Below, in pieces: positions 39,924 through 52,149 of a DNA stretch of 64,000 nt. The position numbers and the translations under genes were made by a program. Numbering within the stretch: the stretch's first letter is position 1; each line of letters opens with the position of its first letter. Below the pieces are notes generated by a model. That model searched no databases and was not told where the DNA came from. It saw nothing but the letters and a program-made list of their open reading frames with translations. Origin of the DNA: Alphaproteobacteria bacterium (GTDB lineage Bacteria; Pseudomonadota; Alphaproteobacteria; MPNO01); assembly GCA_964291675.2 (NCBI GenBank), contig OZ219866.1, forward strand, positions 1,056,001 to 1,120,000. Direction: 5' to 3'.

Positions 39924-40575
39924 GGCGCCGGTCGTCGTCGCCATCGACGGCCCGGCGGCGAGCGGCAAGGGCACGCTGGCGCGGCGCCTTGCCGCGCAGC
40001 TAGGCCTCGCCCATCTCGACACCGGGCTGCTCTACCGGGCGACGGCGAGACGGGTGATGGAGGCCGGCGGCGATGCGGCGGACGGCGCCGCGGCGCTGCG
40101 CGCTGCGCGGTCGTTGACGGCCGCCGATCTCCAGGGCGACGGGCTGCGGGATGAGACGGTGACGGCGGCGGCCAGCGTCGTCGCCGCCGATGCGGCGGTG
40201 CGCGCGGCCCTGCTCGACTACCAGCGCGGCTTTGCCGCCGCCCCGCCGGACGGCGCGCCCGGCGCGGTGCTGGAGGGGCGCGACATCGGCACCGTGGTCT
40301 GCCCGGACGCGCGGGTCAAGATCTTCCTCGACGCACACGAAGACGTGCGCGCCGGGCGGCGCCTGCGGGAGTTGTTGCAACGCGGCGCAAAAGGTATACA
40401 TGCAGAGGTTCTGCGTGACTTGAGAGCGCGCGACGCCCGGGATCGGGGTCGCGCCGCGGCGCCGCTGGCACCCGCCGAAGACGCCTTCGTGATCGATAGC
40501 TCGACCATGGATGCGGACGAGGTGTTCCGTCGGGCGCTCGCGCTTATCGACACGCGGACGACGATCCGAAAGTAG
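39916..40575 (+). CDS. cmk: Cytidylate kinase
   Basis: AIDGPAASGKGT, LDTGLLYR and EGRDIGTVVCPDA motifs. Confidence 0.97.
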   Translation: MAEAPVVVAIDGPAASGKGTLARRLAAQLGLAHLDTGLLYRATARRVMEAGGDAADGAAALRAARSLTAADLQGDGLRDETVTAAASVVAADAAVRAALLDYQRGFAAAPPDGAPGAVLEGRDIGTVVCPDARVKIFLDAHEDVRAGRRLRELLQRGAKGIHAEVLRDLRARDARDRGRAAAPLAPAEDAFVIDSSTMDADEVFRRALALIDTRTTIRK

Positions 40576-40669
40576 TGTCGCCCGGAAAACCTGCGATGCG
40601 CACGGTCTTCCGGACGGCGCCGGTTTCGGGCCCGACAGGCAGGAAAACAGAGGCCAGGCAGGAACGCCG

Positions 40670-42526
40670 ATGTCGAACGAAGCAGCCGCCGACCAGCAGG
40701 TGGCGGAGATCTCCCCCGCAGCGGTCGGGGGAGAGAATTTCGCGAGCATGCTCGAGGAGAGCTTCGCGGAGCGCGAGCCCGCCGAGGGCTCGGTGGTCAA
40801 GGGGATCGTGATCAGCATCGAGAACGACTCGGCGCTCGTCGATGTCGGGCTCAAATCCGAGGGGCGGGTGGCGCTCAAGGAGTTCGCCGCGCCGGGCCAG
40901 GAGCCGGAGCTCAAGGTCGGCGACTCGGTGGATGTCTATCTGGAGCGCATGGAGGACCGCAACGGCGAGGCGGTGCTGTCGCGCGAGAGGGCGCGCCGCG
41001 AGGAGGCGTGGACCTTGCTGGAGAAGGCGTTCAACGCCGGCGAGCGGGTCAGCGGTACGATCTTCGGCCGGGTCAAGGGCGGCTTCACCGTCGACCTGTC
41101 GGGCGCGGTCGCGTTCCTGCCGGGCAGCCAGGTCGATGTCCGCCCGGTGCGCGACGTCTCGCCGCTGATGGGCACGCCGCAGCCCTTCCAGATCCTCAAG
41201 ATGGACCGGCGCCGCGGCAATATCGTGGTGTCGCGCCGCGCGGTGCTCGAGGAATCGCGCGCCGAGGCGCGCAACGAGCTGCTCGCCAATCTCAAGGAGC
41301 GCCAGATCCTCGAAGGGATCGTCAAGAACATCACCGATTACGGCGCCTTCGTCGATCTCGGCGGGGTCGACGGGCTGCTGCACGTCACCGATATCGCCTG
41401 GCGGCGCATCAACCATCCGAGCGACGCGCTCTCCATCGGCCAGACCGTCAAGGTGCAGGTCATCCGCTACAACCCGGAGACCCAGCGCATCTCGCTCGGC
41501 ATGAAGCAGCTCGAGGCCGATCCCTGGGACGGCGTCGAGCACAAATATCCGGTCGGCGTCAAGTTCACCGGACGGGTCAGCAACATCACCGATTACGGCG
41601 CCTTCGTCGAGCTGGAGCCCGGCGTCGAGGGGCTGGTGCATGTCTCGGAGATGAGCTGGACCAAGAAGAACGTCCATCCCGGCAAGATCGTCTCGACCAG
41701 CCAGGAGGTCGAGGTGATGGTGCTGGAGGTCGATCCCAACAAGCGCCGCGTCTCGCTCGGCATCAAGCAGTGCCGCGAGAACCCGTGGGACCATTTCCTG
41801 GAGCACCACCCGGTGGGGTCGGTGATCGACGGCGAGGTCAAGAACATCACCGAGTTCGGCCTGTTCATCGGCCTCGACAGCGAGATCGACGGCATGGTGC
41901 ACCTCTCCGACATCGACTGGTCCAGGCCCGGCGAAGAGGCGTTGCGCGGCTACAAGAAGGGCGATCTGGTGAAGGCCCGGGTGCTCGACGTCGATCCCGA
42001 GCGGGAACGCATCTCGCTCGGCATCAAGCAGCTCGAGGAAGACAAGTTCGAGGTCGCGCTGGAGAACGTCAAGCGGGGCGACGTGCTCACCTGCACGGTC
42101 TCGCAGATCGTGGACAATGGCGTCGAGGTCACGGTGGCGGGCGGGCTGCCCGGCTTCATCCGCCGGGCGGAGCTGGCGCGCGACCGCGCCGATCAGCGCC
42201 CCGACCGCTTCGCGCCGGGCGACCGGGTCGATGCCCGGGTCACCAATATCGACCGCCGCGACCGCAAGCTCACGCTGTCGATCAAGGCGCAGGAGGTGGC
42301 CGAGGAGAAGCAGGCGATGGCCGAGTTCGGCTCGTCCGATTCCGGCGCCAGCCTGGGCGACATCCTGGGTGCGGCGATCAGCCGCGCCAACCGCGAGCGC
42401 GCCGAGCGCGAGGCCGCCGAGGCGGAAACCGGGGGCGACGACGCGCCGGAGGCCGAAATCGAAGCCGCCGCTCCGGAAGAGGAAGCAGCTGCCGAGGGCG
42501 GCGCGGCGGCGGACAAGGACGGCTGA
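40670..42526 (+). CDS. rpsA: 30S ribosomal protein S1
   Basis: Six S1 repeats (ITDYGAFV), GLKSEG and SGASLGDIL motifs. Confidence 0.98.
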   Translation: MSNEAAADQQVAEISPAAVGGENFASMLEESFAEREPAEGSVVKGIVISIENDSALVDVGLKSEGRVALKEFAAPGQEPELKVGDSVDVYLERMEDRNGEAVLSRERARREEAWTLLEKAFNAGERVSGTIFGRVKGGFTVDLSGAVAFLPGSQVDVRPVRDVSPLMGTPQPFQILKMDRRRGNIVVSRRAVLEESRAEARNELLANLKERQILEGIVKNITDYGAFVDLGGVDGLLHVTDIAWRRINHPSDALSIGQTVKVQVIRYNPETQRISLGMKQLEADPWDGVEHKYPVGVKFTGRVSNITDYGAFVELEPGVEGLVHVSEMSWTKKNVHPGKIVSTSQEVEVMVLEVDPNKRRVSLGIKQCRENPWDHFLEHHPVGSVIDGEVKNITEFGLFIGLDSEIDGMVHLSDIDWSRPGEEALRGYKKGDLVKARVLDVDPERERISLGIKQLEEDKFEVALENVKRGDVLTCTVSQIVDNGVEVTVAGGLPGFIRRAELARDRADQRPDRFAPGDRVDARVTNIDRRDRKLTLSIKAQEVAEEKQAMAEFGSSDSGASLGDILGAAISRANRERAEREAAEAETGGDDAPEAEIEAAAPEEEAAAEGGAAADKDG

Positions 42527-42566
42527 GCCGCGGAGCGGCGGCTGAGCCCCGCAAGGCGGGCGAGGC

Positions 42567-43481
42567 ATGGCGCTCGACGCGGACTACCTCATCGACCGGC
42601 GGCGCCTGAAGCGGCGGCTGTCGTTCTGGCGCGGGCTCGGCATCCTCGCCGTCCTGCTCGCCGCGCTCGCTGCGTTCGGCCGCTTCTCGGATTTCGGCAG
42701 CCGCGACTATGTCGCCCGCCACAGCGTCAGCGGGCTGATTACCGACGACCCGAGGCGCCACCGCAGCCTCGCCGCGATCGCCGGCGACGACGACGCGCGG
42801 GCGCTGATCGTGCGCATCGACAGCCCGGGCGGCACGCTCGCCGGGGGCGAGGCGCTGTACCGTTCGCTGCGCGCCGTAGCCGGGAAGAAGCCGGTGGTCG
42901 CCGTCCTCGGCGGGGTCGCGACATCGGCCGGCTACATGGCGGCGATCGCGGCGGACCGGCTGGTCGCGCGGCGCAGCACGATTACCGGCTCGATCGGCGT
43001 GGTCATGCACATGACCGAGATCTCCGGCCTGCTGGAGACCCTCGGGGTCGGCGCCGAGACCATCCGCAGCGGCCCGCTCAAGGCGATGCCGTCGGGCTTC
43101 GAGAAGCTGAGCGACGACGGCCGGCGGGTCTTGCAGGCGCTGATCGCCGACGGCCACGCGATGTTCCTCGATCTGGTCGCCGAGCGGCGCGCGCTCGACG
43201 ATGCAGCGCTGACCAGCGTCGCCGACGGCCGCGTGCTGACCGGGCGGCAGGCGCTGGAGGCCGGGCTGGTCGACGCGATCGGCGGCGAGACGGAGGCCCT
43301 CGCCTGGCTGGAGAGCGAGAAGGGAGTCGCCCGCGGCCTGCCGGTTCGCGATGTCGGCGGCGGCGGCGGCCGGCTCGCCAGGATGCTCGACCGGGCGGCG
43401 GCGCTGGGCGAAAGAACGATTTTCTCTGAACGACTTACGCTTGACGGTCTGGTGTCGGTCTGGCACGCTCAACTCCGCTGA
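42567..43481 (+). CDS. sppA: Signal peptide peptidase SppA (S49)
   Basis: RIDSPGG, ATSAGY, ITGSIGV and DGRVLTG motifs. Confidence 0.95.
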   Translation: MALDADYLIDRRRLKRRLSFWRGLGILAVLLAALAAFGRFSDFGSRDYVARHSVSGLITDDPRRHRSLAAIAGDDDARALIVRIDSPGGTLAGGEALYRSLRAVAGKKPVVAVLGGVATSAGYMAAIAADRLVARRSTITGSIGVVMHMTEISGLLETLGVGAETIRSGPLKAMPSGFEKLSDDGRRVLQALIADGHAMFLDLVAERRALDDAALTSVADGRVLTGRQALEAGLVDAIGGETEALAWLESEKGVARGLPVRDVGGGGGRLARMLDRAAALGERTIFSERLTLDGLVSVWHAQLR

Positions 43482-43568
43482 CGGGTCTCGATGATCGCCG
43501 TCGGCCGCCCGCCCCGGGGGGTCGCTTGAAGGCGGCAGGGGGCGGAAGGAGTCGGGGAACGGCGGCGG

Positions 43569-43853
43569 ATGACCAAGTCCGAGTTGATCCAGCGTCTGGC
43601 TGACCAGAATCCGAACCTGTTCCGGCGCGACATCGAGCGCATCGTTACCACCATCTTCGACGAGATTTCCTACGCGCTGTATCGCGGCGGGCGGGTCGAG
43701 CTGCGCGGCTTCGGCGCGTTCTCCGTCAAGGAGCGGGCGGAGCGGGTGGGGCGCAATCCGCGCACCGGCAAATCGGTCAATGTCGAGAAGAAATACGTGC
43801 CGTTCTTCAAGGCCGGCAAGGATTTGCGCGACCGGCTGAACGCGGACTCCTGA
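43569..43853 (+). CDS. ihfB: Integration host factor subunit beta
   Basis: MTKSELI...[13 protein letters not shown]...GRNPRTG...PFFKAGK. Confidence 0.97.
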   Translation: MTKSELIQRLADQNPNLFRRDIERIVTTIFDEISYALYRGGRVELRGFGAFSVKERAERVGRNPRTGKSVNVEKKYVPFFKAGKDLRDRLNADS

Positions 43854-43896
43854 GAAGCGGCGCCGGCGTCGCGGCGGGTCGCGGGCGAGACCGCGG

Positions 43897-44271
43897 ATGA
43901 AACTGATCTCAAGGCTGCTGTTTATTCCCGTCGCGGCGGCGTTCGTCGTGTTCGCCGTCGCCAACCGCCACGCGGTGACGCTGAACCTTTGGCCGCTGCC
44001 GCTGGAGGTGGATCTTCCGGTCTATATCGCGGTGCTCGGCGCGCTCGCCGCCGGCATGGCCATCGGCGGCTCCGCGCAATGGATCTCCGACGGCAGGTGG
44101 CGCCGCCGCGCGCGCGCCGGCAGGCGCAAGGCGAGCGCGCTGGAGCGCCGGCTCACTTTGGTCGAGGCGGCGCGCGAGGCCGGCCACGAGGCGGGCGCAG
44201 CCGCCCCGGAGGCGCCGCCGAAGCGCCCGCGCCTGCCCCGGTTCCGCCTGAAGCCGCGGGATCCGGCATGA
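43897..44271 (+). CDS. LapA/DUF1049-family membrane protein
   Basis: FVVFAVANRH.V.L.LWP plus a second TM; conserved position after ihfB. Confidence 0.85.
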   Translation: MKLISRLLFIPVAAAFVVFAVANRHAVTLNLWPLPLEVDLPVYIAVLGALAAGMAIGGSAQWISDGRWRRRARAGRRKASALERRLTLVEAAREAGHEAGAAAPEAPPKRPRLPRFRLKPRDPA

Positions 44272-44915
44272 CGGTGCGGGTCAAGATCTGCGGCGTGAGC
44301 ACGCCGGACATCCTCGCCGCCGCGGTCGCCGGCGGCGCCGGCGATGTCGGGCTGGTGTTCTTCCCGCGCTCGCCGCGCAACGTGTCGGCGGACGAGGCCG
44401 CTTCGCTTGCCGCCGCCGCGCCGGCGCATGTCACCGTGGTCGGGCTGTTCGTCGACCCGCCGGACGAGGCGCTGGACGAGGTGCTGTCGGTCGCCCGGCT
44501 CGACCTCCTGCAACTGCACGGCAGCGAGCCGCCCGACCGGGTCGCCGCCATCAAGCGGCGCACCGGCAAGCCGGTGATGAAGGCGATCAAGGTCGCCGAG
44601 CGCGCCGATCTCGACGCCGCACTGCGCTATGGCGGGATCGCCGACCGGCTGCTGTTCGACGCCAAGGCGCCGTCGACCGAGGGACGGTTCATGCCGGGCG
44701 GCAACGCGCTCAGCTTCGACTGGCGCATGCTGGCCGGGCGGTCCTGGCCCTGCCCGTGGATGCTCTCGGGCGGGCTCACGCCGGAGACCGTGGCCGAGGC
44801 GATCCGGACGAGCGGCGCGCCGGGCGTTGATGTATCTTCCGGCGTCGAGACCGCGCCCGGCGTCAAGGACGCTTCACGTATCGCCGCCTTCATCGCGGCG
44901 GCGTCGGGCGCCTGA
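44268..44915 (+). CDS. trpF: Phosphoribosylanthranilate isomerase
   Basis: VKICG, QLHGSE, LFDAK, LSGGL and DVSSGVE motifs. Confidence 0.96.
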   Translation: MTVRVKICGVSTPDILAAAVAGGAGDVGLVFFPRSPRNVSADEAASLAAAAPAHVTVVGLFVDPPDEALDEVLSVARLDLLQLHGSEPPDRVAAIKRRTGKPVMKAIKVAERADLDAALRYGGIADRLLFDAKAPSTEGRFMPGGNALSFDWRMLAGRSWPCPWMLSGGLTPETVAEAIRTSGAPGVDVSSGVETAPGVKDASRIAAFIAAASGA

Positions 44916-44927
44916 GGGGCAGTGGTC

Positions 44928-46135
<1,208 letters not shown>

Positions 46136-46139
<4 letters not shown>

Positions 46140-46993
46140 GCGGCGGGCGCGCGCGCATCGCCCGGCGTTTCCGGGCGCTCGCGGCGGAGCGGCGGTCGGC
46201 CTTCATCCCGTTCATCTCCGCCGGCGACCCGGACCGCGAGACCTCGCAGGCCATCCTCTCCCGCCTGCCCGGGCTCGGCGCCGATCTGATCGAGCTCGGC
46301 ATGCCGTTCAGCGACCCGATGGCCGACGGCCCGTCGATCCAGGCGGCCGGGGAGCGCGCGCTTGCGGCCGGCCAGACCATGGCCGACACGCTCGCCATGG
46401 CGGCGTCCTTCCGCGCCGCCGACGCCGGGACGCCGCTGGTGCTGATGGGCTATTTCAACCCGATCTACCGCTACGGCGCCGAGGCGTTCGCGGCCGATGC
46501 CAGCGCCGCCGGGGTGGACGGGCTGATCGTGGTCGACCTGCCGCCCGAGGAGGACGCGGAACTGCGCATCCCGGCCGAGGCGGCGGGGCTCGCCCTGATC
46601 CGCCTGGTCGCGCCGACCACCGACGACGCCAGGCTCGGGCGCATCCTCGCCGGCTGCGACGGCTTCGTCTACTACGTCTCGGTGACCGGGATCACCGGCA
46701 CCAAGTCGGCGATGACCGACGAGGTGGCGGCGGGGCTTGAAAGGGTCCGCAGGGCGACCGATCTTCCAGTCGCGGTCGGGTTCGGCGTGCGCAATGCCGG
46801 CCAGGCGGCGGAGATCGCCGGCTTCGCCGATGCCGTGGTGGTCGGCTCGGCGATCGTGCAGCGGATCGAGGCGAGCCTGGCCGACGGGAAGGCGGCGAGC
46901 GGCACGATCCCGGCGGTCGAGGCGCTGGTCCGCGAGCTGGCCGGCGGGGTGCGCGACGGAAGGCGGGGCAACGGCGGAGGCGCCGACGGATGA
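46136..46993 (+). CDS. trpA: Tryptophan synthase alpha chain
   Basis: [35 protein letters not shown] and VGFG motifs. Confidence 0.97.
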
Positions 46994-47907
46994 ACTGGCT
47001 CACCAACATCCCGCCCAAGATCCGCGCTTTGGTGGGCGGCACGCGGCAGGAGGTTCCCGAGCATCTGTGGGAGAAATGCCCGCAATGCGAGCAGATGATC
47101 TTCCACCGCGAGCTCGAAGCCGCCCTGCATGTGTGCTCGCATTGCGGCCATCACATGCGGCTCGATGCGGCAAAGCGCATCGCCTCGATCCTCGATCCCG
47201 ACGGCCGCGAGACGCTCGACCTCGCGCCCTGCGTGTCCGACCCGCTCAGGTTCCGCGACCGCAAGCGCTACTCCGAGCGCCTGCGCGAGAACCGCGGCGC
47301 GACCGGCGGCGAGGACGCGATCGCGGTCGCCGCCGGCACGCTCGGCGGCACGCCCGCGGTGGTGGCGGCGTTCGATTTCCGCTTCATGGGCGGCTCGATG
47401 GGGATCGCCGTCGGCAACGGCATCCTGGCCGCCGCCGACCGCGCGGTGGCCGACCGGGCGGCGCTGATCGTGTTCCCCTCCTCGGGCGGCGCGCGCATGC
47501 AGGAGGGCATATTGTCGCTGGTGCAGATGCCGCGCACCGCCATCGCCATCGAGCGGGTCAAAGGGGCCGGGCTGCCCTATATCGTCGTGCTGACCGACCC
47601 CACCACCGGCGGCGTCTCGGCCTCGTTTGCGATGCTGGGCGACATCGCCATCGCCGAGCCGGGGGCGGTGATCGGCTTCGCCGGGCGGCGGGTGATCGAG
47701 GAGACCATCCGCGAGACCCTGCCGGAGAACTTTCAGCGCGCCGAGTATCTGCTGGAACACGGCATGGTCGACATGGTGGTGCCGCGCGGCGAGCTGCGCG
47801 AGACCCTCGCCGATCTGATCGACATGACGATGAACCCGCTCGCCCCGGCGAATGGCGGGGACGACGGGGAGCTCGCCGCGCCGGCGGTCGCCGCCCTTGC
47901 CGAGTGA
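46990..47907 (+). CDS. accD: Acetyl-CoA carboxylase carboxyltransferase beta subunit
   Basis: CPQC...CSHC zinc finger, FMGGSMG, SGGARMQEG and PTTGGVSAS motifs. Confidence 0.98.
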   Translation: MNWLTNIPPKIRALVGGTRQEVPEHLWEKCPQCEQMIFHRELEAALHVCSHCGHHMRLDAAKRIASILDPDGRETLDLAPCVSDPLRFRDRKRYSERLRENRGATGGEDAIAVAAGTLGGTPAVVAAFDFRFMGGSMGIAVGNGILAAADRAVADRAALIVFPSSGGARMQEGILSLVQMPRTAIAIERVKGAGLPYIVVLTDPTTGGVSASFAMLGDIAIAEPGAVIGFAGRRVIEETIRETLPENFQRAEYLLEHGMVDMVVPRGELRETLADLIDMTMNPLAPANGGDDGELAAPAVAALAE

Positions 47908-49174
47908 CGCCGTTCTCGAACGGCTGACCCGCCTCCACCCCAAGCTCATCGACCTCGGCCTCGACCGGATCGAGCGTCTGCTCGCCGCGCTCGGCAACCC
48001 GGAGCGCCGCCTGCCCCCGGTCGTGCATGTCGCCGGCACCAACGGCAAGGGCTCGGCGATCGCCTTTCTCAAGGCGATCTGCGAGGCGGCCGGGTTGACC
48101 GCGCATGTCTATGTCTCGCCGCATCTGATCCGCTTCGCCGAGCGCATCGCGCTCTGCGGCCGGCCGATCGGCGAGGCGCCGCTGGAGGACGCGCTCGCCG
48201 CCTGCGAGACCGCCAATGGCGGCGCCCCGATCACCTTCTTCGAGATCACCACGGCGGCGGCCTTCCTCGCCTTCTCCCGGGTGCCGGCCGACATCGCGCT
48301 GATCGAGACCGGGCTCGGCGGACGCTTCGACGCGACCAACGTGCTCGCCCGCCCGGCGCTCACGGTGATCACCCCGATCTCCCGCGACCACGTCCACTTC
48401 CTCGGCGAAACGATCCCGGAGATCGCCTTCGAGAAGGCCGGCATCCTGAAGCCGGGCGTCCCCGCCGTGATCGGGAAGCAGCTCCCGGAGGCATCCGCCA
48501 CCATCGCCGCCCGCGCCGGCGAGATCGGCGCGCCGCTCCGGCGCCACGGCGCGGAATGGGAATGCGACGGCCGGTCCTATCGCGACGCGGAGGGCGAGTT
48601 GCGGATCCCGCCGCCCGGACTCGCCGGCGCGCACCAGCTCGACAACGCGGGCATCGCCGTCGCGGCGGCACGCGCCCTGGGCTGGCCGGCGCTCGACGAG
48701 CAGGCAATCCGGGCCGGCATCGCCGCCGCGAGCTGGCCCGGCCGGTTGCAGCGCCTCCAGGGCGGCGCGCTCTCCGCCCGCCTCGGTCCGGGCTGGGAGC
48801 TCTGGGTCGACGGCGGCCACAACCCCGCCGCCGCCGAGGCGCTCGCCCGGGTCGCCGCGAGCTGGGCGGACCGCAAGCTGCATCTGGTGATGGGGCATCT
48901 GGCGGTGCGCCCGGCGGCGGACTTCCTCGCCCCGCTGGCACCCCGGATCGCGAGCTTCCGCGGCGTGCCGGTGCCGGGCGCCTATGCCTGCCACGACGCG
49001 GAAGCGCTCGCCGAGGCGGCGCGCGGCATGGGGCTCGCGGCATCGGCATCGGGCGACGTGGCCCACGCCCTCGACGCCATCGCCGCCGCCGCCCCCGCCC
49101 CGGCGCGGGTGCTCGTCTGCGGCTCGCTCTACCTCGCCGGCAGCGTGCTGGCCGAGGAGGGGGTAGGGGCGTGA
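47897..49174 (+). CDS. folC: Dihydrofolate/folylpolyglutamate synthase
   Basis: HVAGTNGKGS, SPHL, ETGLGGRFDATN, DGGHN and CGSLYL motifs. Confidence 0.97.
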   Translation: MPSDAVLERLTRLHPKLIDLGLDRIERLLAALGNPERRLPPVVHVAGTNGKGSAIAFLKAICEAAGLTAHVYVSPHLIRFAERIALCGRPIGEAPLEDALAACETANGGAPITFFEITTAAAFLAFSRVPADIALIETGLGGRFDATNVLARPALTVITPISRDHVHFLGETIPEIAFEKAGILKPGVPAVIGKQLPEASATIAARAGEIGAPLRRHGAEWECDGRSYRDAEGELRIPPPGLAGAHQLDNAGIAVAAARALGWPALDEQAIRAGIAAASWPGRLQRLQGGALSARLGPGWELWVDGGHNPAAAEALARVAASWADRKLHLVMGHLAVRPAADFLAPLAPRIASFRGVPVPGAYACHDAEALAEAARGMGLAASASGDVAHALDAIAAAAPAPARVLVCGSLYLAGSVLAEEGVGA

Positions 49175-49176
49175 TC

Positions 49177-49274
49177 CGTCCGTCGATACGCCGCGCCGCA
49201 AATGCCAGGACCGCCCCCGCCCCTCACCGTCACGCCCGGCCCCCGGATCGAGTCCGGGGGTGATCCGGGCATCC
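49177..49274. repeat. Degenerate family A and family B repeat remnants between folC and polA
   Basis: CGTCCGTCGATACGCC (A-like arm start) and CGTCACGCCCGG...CCGGGCATCC (B-like arm with an inserted hairpin). Confidence 0.55.
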
Positions 49275-49345
49275 ATGGGCCGGACGCGCGCTCGACAAGG
49301 GCGGCGCCGTTTTGCATCCTGCATCCGGGCCGGATGGAGGGGAAT

Positions 49346-52111
49346 ATGGCGGAGACCGCAGGACAGGGCGCCGAGCCGGTCTATCTGGTCGACGGCTCGG
49401 GATACATCTTCCGCGCCTTCTACGGCCTGCCGCCGATGACCAACCCCGAGGGGGTGCCGGTCAACGCGGTGTTCGGCTTCTCCAAGATGCTGGCGAAGCT
49501 CCTGAGCGATGCCGGGACCCGGCGCTTCGCGGTGATCTTCGATACCGCCCGGGTCTCGTTCCGCAACGACATCTTCCCCGAATACAAGGCGAACCGGAGC
49601 GACCCGCCGGAAGAGCTGGTGCCGCAGTTCGCGCTGATCCGCGAGGCGACGCGCGCCTTCAACGTCCCCTGCATCGAGCTTGCGGGGTTCGAGGCCGACG
49701 ACCTGATCGCCACCTTCGCCCGCAAGGCGCGCGAGGAGGGCCACGAGGTGGTGATCGTGTCCTCGGACAAGGATCTGATGCAGCTCGTGGGCGACGGCGT
49801 CTCGATGCTCGATCCCGCCAAGAACCTGACCATCGGGCGCGAGGAAGTGATCGAGCGCTTCGGCGTCGGGCCGGAGAACGTGATCGACGTGCAGGCGCTC
49901 GCCGGCGATTCGACGGACAACGTCCCGGGCGTGCCGGGGATCGGGGTCAAGACCGCCGCCGAGCTGATCCGCAGCTACGGCGACCTCGACACGCTGCTCG
50001 AACGGGCCGGCGAGATCAAGCAGCCCAAGCGGCGCGAGAACCTGATCGGCCACGCCGGGATGGCGCGCATCTCGCGCGATTTGGTGACGCTCAGGATCGA
50101 CGCGCCGGTCGAGCACGCGGTGGACGATTTGATCGCCGTCCCGCCGGACCCCGCGACGCTCGGAGAGTTTTTGCGCACCCACGGCTTCAAGTCGATGCTG
50201 GCCCAGATGGGCGATTTGGTCGGCGCCCCGGGTGGAGCCGCCGCGGAAGCGGCGGAAGCGCCGCCGGCGGAGCGGGACTACACGCTGGTGACCGACGCGG
50301 CGGCGCTGGATCGCTGGATCGCCGAGGCGGTGCGCGCCGGCGCGGTCGCGGTCGACACCGAGACCACGTCGCTCGATTCCATGCGGGCGGAGCTGGTCGG
50401 CGTCTCGCTCTCGGTCGAGCCGGGGCGGGCGTGCTACGTCCCGCTCGCCCATGTGGCGCCGGGCGCGGCGGCGCCGGACCTGATCGAGGGCGCGCCCGAG
50501 GCGCCGCCGCAGATCCCGCTCGACGACGCGGTCCGTGCGCTGAAGCCGCTGCTAGAAGACCCGGGCGTGCTCAAGATCGGCCACAACATCAAGTACGACG
50601 CCGAGGTGCTGGCGCGCTACGGCATCGAGGTGGCGCCGGTCGACGACACGATGCTGCTGTCCTACGTGCTGGAGGCCGGGCTGCACGGCCACGGGCTGGA
50701 CGAGCTCTGCAAGCTCCATTTCGAGCACGTCAACATCAAGTTCTCCGACGTCGCGGGGTCGGGGCGGAACGCGGTGACCTTCGCCGAGGTGCCGCTGGAC
50801 GCGGCGCGCGACTACGCGGCCGAGGACGCCGACATGACGCTCCGGCTGCACCGACGGCTAAAACCCCGGCTGGTCGCCGACCGCATGGCGACCGTCTACG
50901 AGACCCTGGAGCGTCCGCTGGTCGGCGTGCTGGCCGGGATGGAGCGCGCCGGAATCCGGGTCGACGCCTCGGTGCTGGCGGCGCTCTCGCGCGACTTCGA
51001 GGAGCGCGGCGCGGCGCTCGCCGAACGGATCTGGCGCGAAGCCGGGCACGACTTCAATATCGGCTCGCCCAAACAGCTCGGCTCCGTGCTGTTCGAGGAG
51101 ATGGGGCTCGAAGGCGGCAAGAAGACCAAGCAGGGCGCCTACGGCACCGGCGCCGATGTGCTCGAAGGGCTCGCCGCCCAGGGCCACGCGCTCCCCCGCC
51201 TGGTGCTCGACTGGCGCCAGCTCGCCAAGCTGCGCAGCACCTATACCGAGGCGCTCGCCGAGGCGGTCAACCCGGCGACCGGGCGGGTGCACACCTCGTT
51301 CGGCCAGGCGATCGCCTCGACCGGGCGGCTGAGCTCGAACGACCCCAATCTGCAGAACATCCCGGTCCGCACCGGGGACGGGCGCAGGATCCGCGAGGCC
51401 TTCGTCGCCGCAGACGGCCGCACCCTGCTGTCGGCCGACTACTCGCAGATCGAGCTCCGCCTGCTCGCCCATGTCGCCGACATCGCGCCGCTGAAGCAGG
51501 CCTTCCACGAGGGCGCGGACATCCACGCGCGCACCGCGGGCGAGGTGTTCGGACTGCCCGTGGAAGGCATGGACCCGGCGGTCCGCAACCGCGCCAAGGC
51601 GATCAATTTCGGCATCATCTACGGCATCAGCCCGTTCGGCCTCGCCCGCCAGCTCGGCATCCCGCAGGGCGAGGCGAAGCGCTATATCGAGGCCTATTTC
51701 GAGCACTACCCCGGCATCCGCGACTACATGGAGGAGACCAAGGCGTTCGCGCGGGCCCACGGCTATGTGAGGACGGCGTTCGGGCGGCGCTGCCACACGC
51801 CGGCGATCGCCGACAAGAACCCGGCCAGGCGCAATTTCTCCGAACGCGCGGCGATCAACGCGCCGCTCCAGGGGGCGGCGGCGGACATCATCAAGCGCGC
51901 CATGATCCGCCTGCCGGGGGCGATCGAAGACGCCGGGCTCGGCGCCACCATGCTGCTCCAGGTGCATGACGAGCTGCTGTTCGAGGTGCCCGACGCGGAG
52001 CTCGCGGAGACCGCCGCCCTGGTGAGCCGCGTGATGGAGAGCGCCGCCCGCCTCAGCGTCCCGCTCACCGTCGAGACGGGGTCGGGCGGGAGCTGGGCCG
52101 CGGCGCATTAG
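49346..52111 (+). CDS. polA: DNA polymerase I
   Basis: LVDGSGYIFRAF, AVDTETT, TGRLSS.DPNLQNIP, DYSQIELR, KAINFGIIYG and LQVHDEL motifs. Confidence 0.99.
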   Translation: MAETAGQGAEPVYLVDGSGYIFRAFYGLPPMTNPEGVPVNAVFGFSKMLAKLLSDAGTRRFAVIFDTARVSFRNDIFPEYKANRSDPPEELVPQFALIREATRAFNVPCIELAGFEADDLIATFARKAREEGHEVVIVSSDKDLMQLVGDGVSMLDPAKNLTIGREEVIERFGVGPENVIDVQALAGDSTDNVPGVPGIGVKTAAELIRSYGDLDTLLERAGEIKQPKRRENLIGHAGMARISRDLVTLRIDAPVEHAVDDLIAVPPDPATLGEFLRTHGFKSMLAQMGDLVGAPGGAAAEAAEAPPAERDYTLVTDAAALDRWIAEAVRAGAVAVDTETTSLDSMRAELVGVSLSVEPGRACYVPLAHVAPGAAAPDLIEGAPEAPPQIPLDDAVRALKPLLEDPGVLKIGHNIKYDAEVLARYGIEVAPVDDTMLLSYVLEAGLHGHGLDELCKLHFEHVNIKFSDVAGSGRNAVTFAEVPLDAARDYAAEDADMTLRLHRRLKPRLVADRMATVYETLERPLVGVLAGMERAGIRVDASVLAALSRDFEERGAALAERIWREAGHDFNIGSPKQLGSVLFEEMGLEGGKKTKQGAYGTGADVLEGLAAQGHALPRLVLDWRQLAKLRSTYTEALAEAVNPATGRVHTSFGQAIASTGRLSSNDPNLQNIPVRTGDGRRIREAFVAADGRTLLSADYSQIELRLLAHVADIAPLKQAFHEGADIHARTAGEVFGLPVEGMDPAVRNRAKAINFGIIYGISPFGLARQLGIPQGEAKRYIEAYFEHYPGIRDYMEETKAFARAHGYVRTAFGRRCHTPAIADKNPARRNFSERAAINAPLQGAAADIIKRAMIRLPGAIEDAGLGATMLLQVHDELLFEVPDAELAETAALVSRVMESAARLSVPLTVETGSGGSWAAAH

Positions 52112-52149
52112 CGCGCGCCGGGAAGGCGTCGATCGACGTCCGGTTTCCG

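Noticed and set aside
49202-49345. N-terminal extension of PolA
   Set aside because: The extension is translated repeat DNA; the GGAGG RBS supports the ATG at 49346
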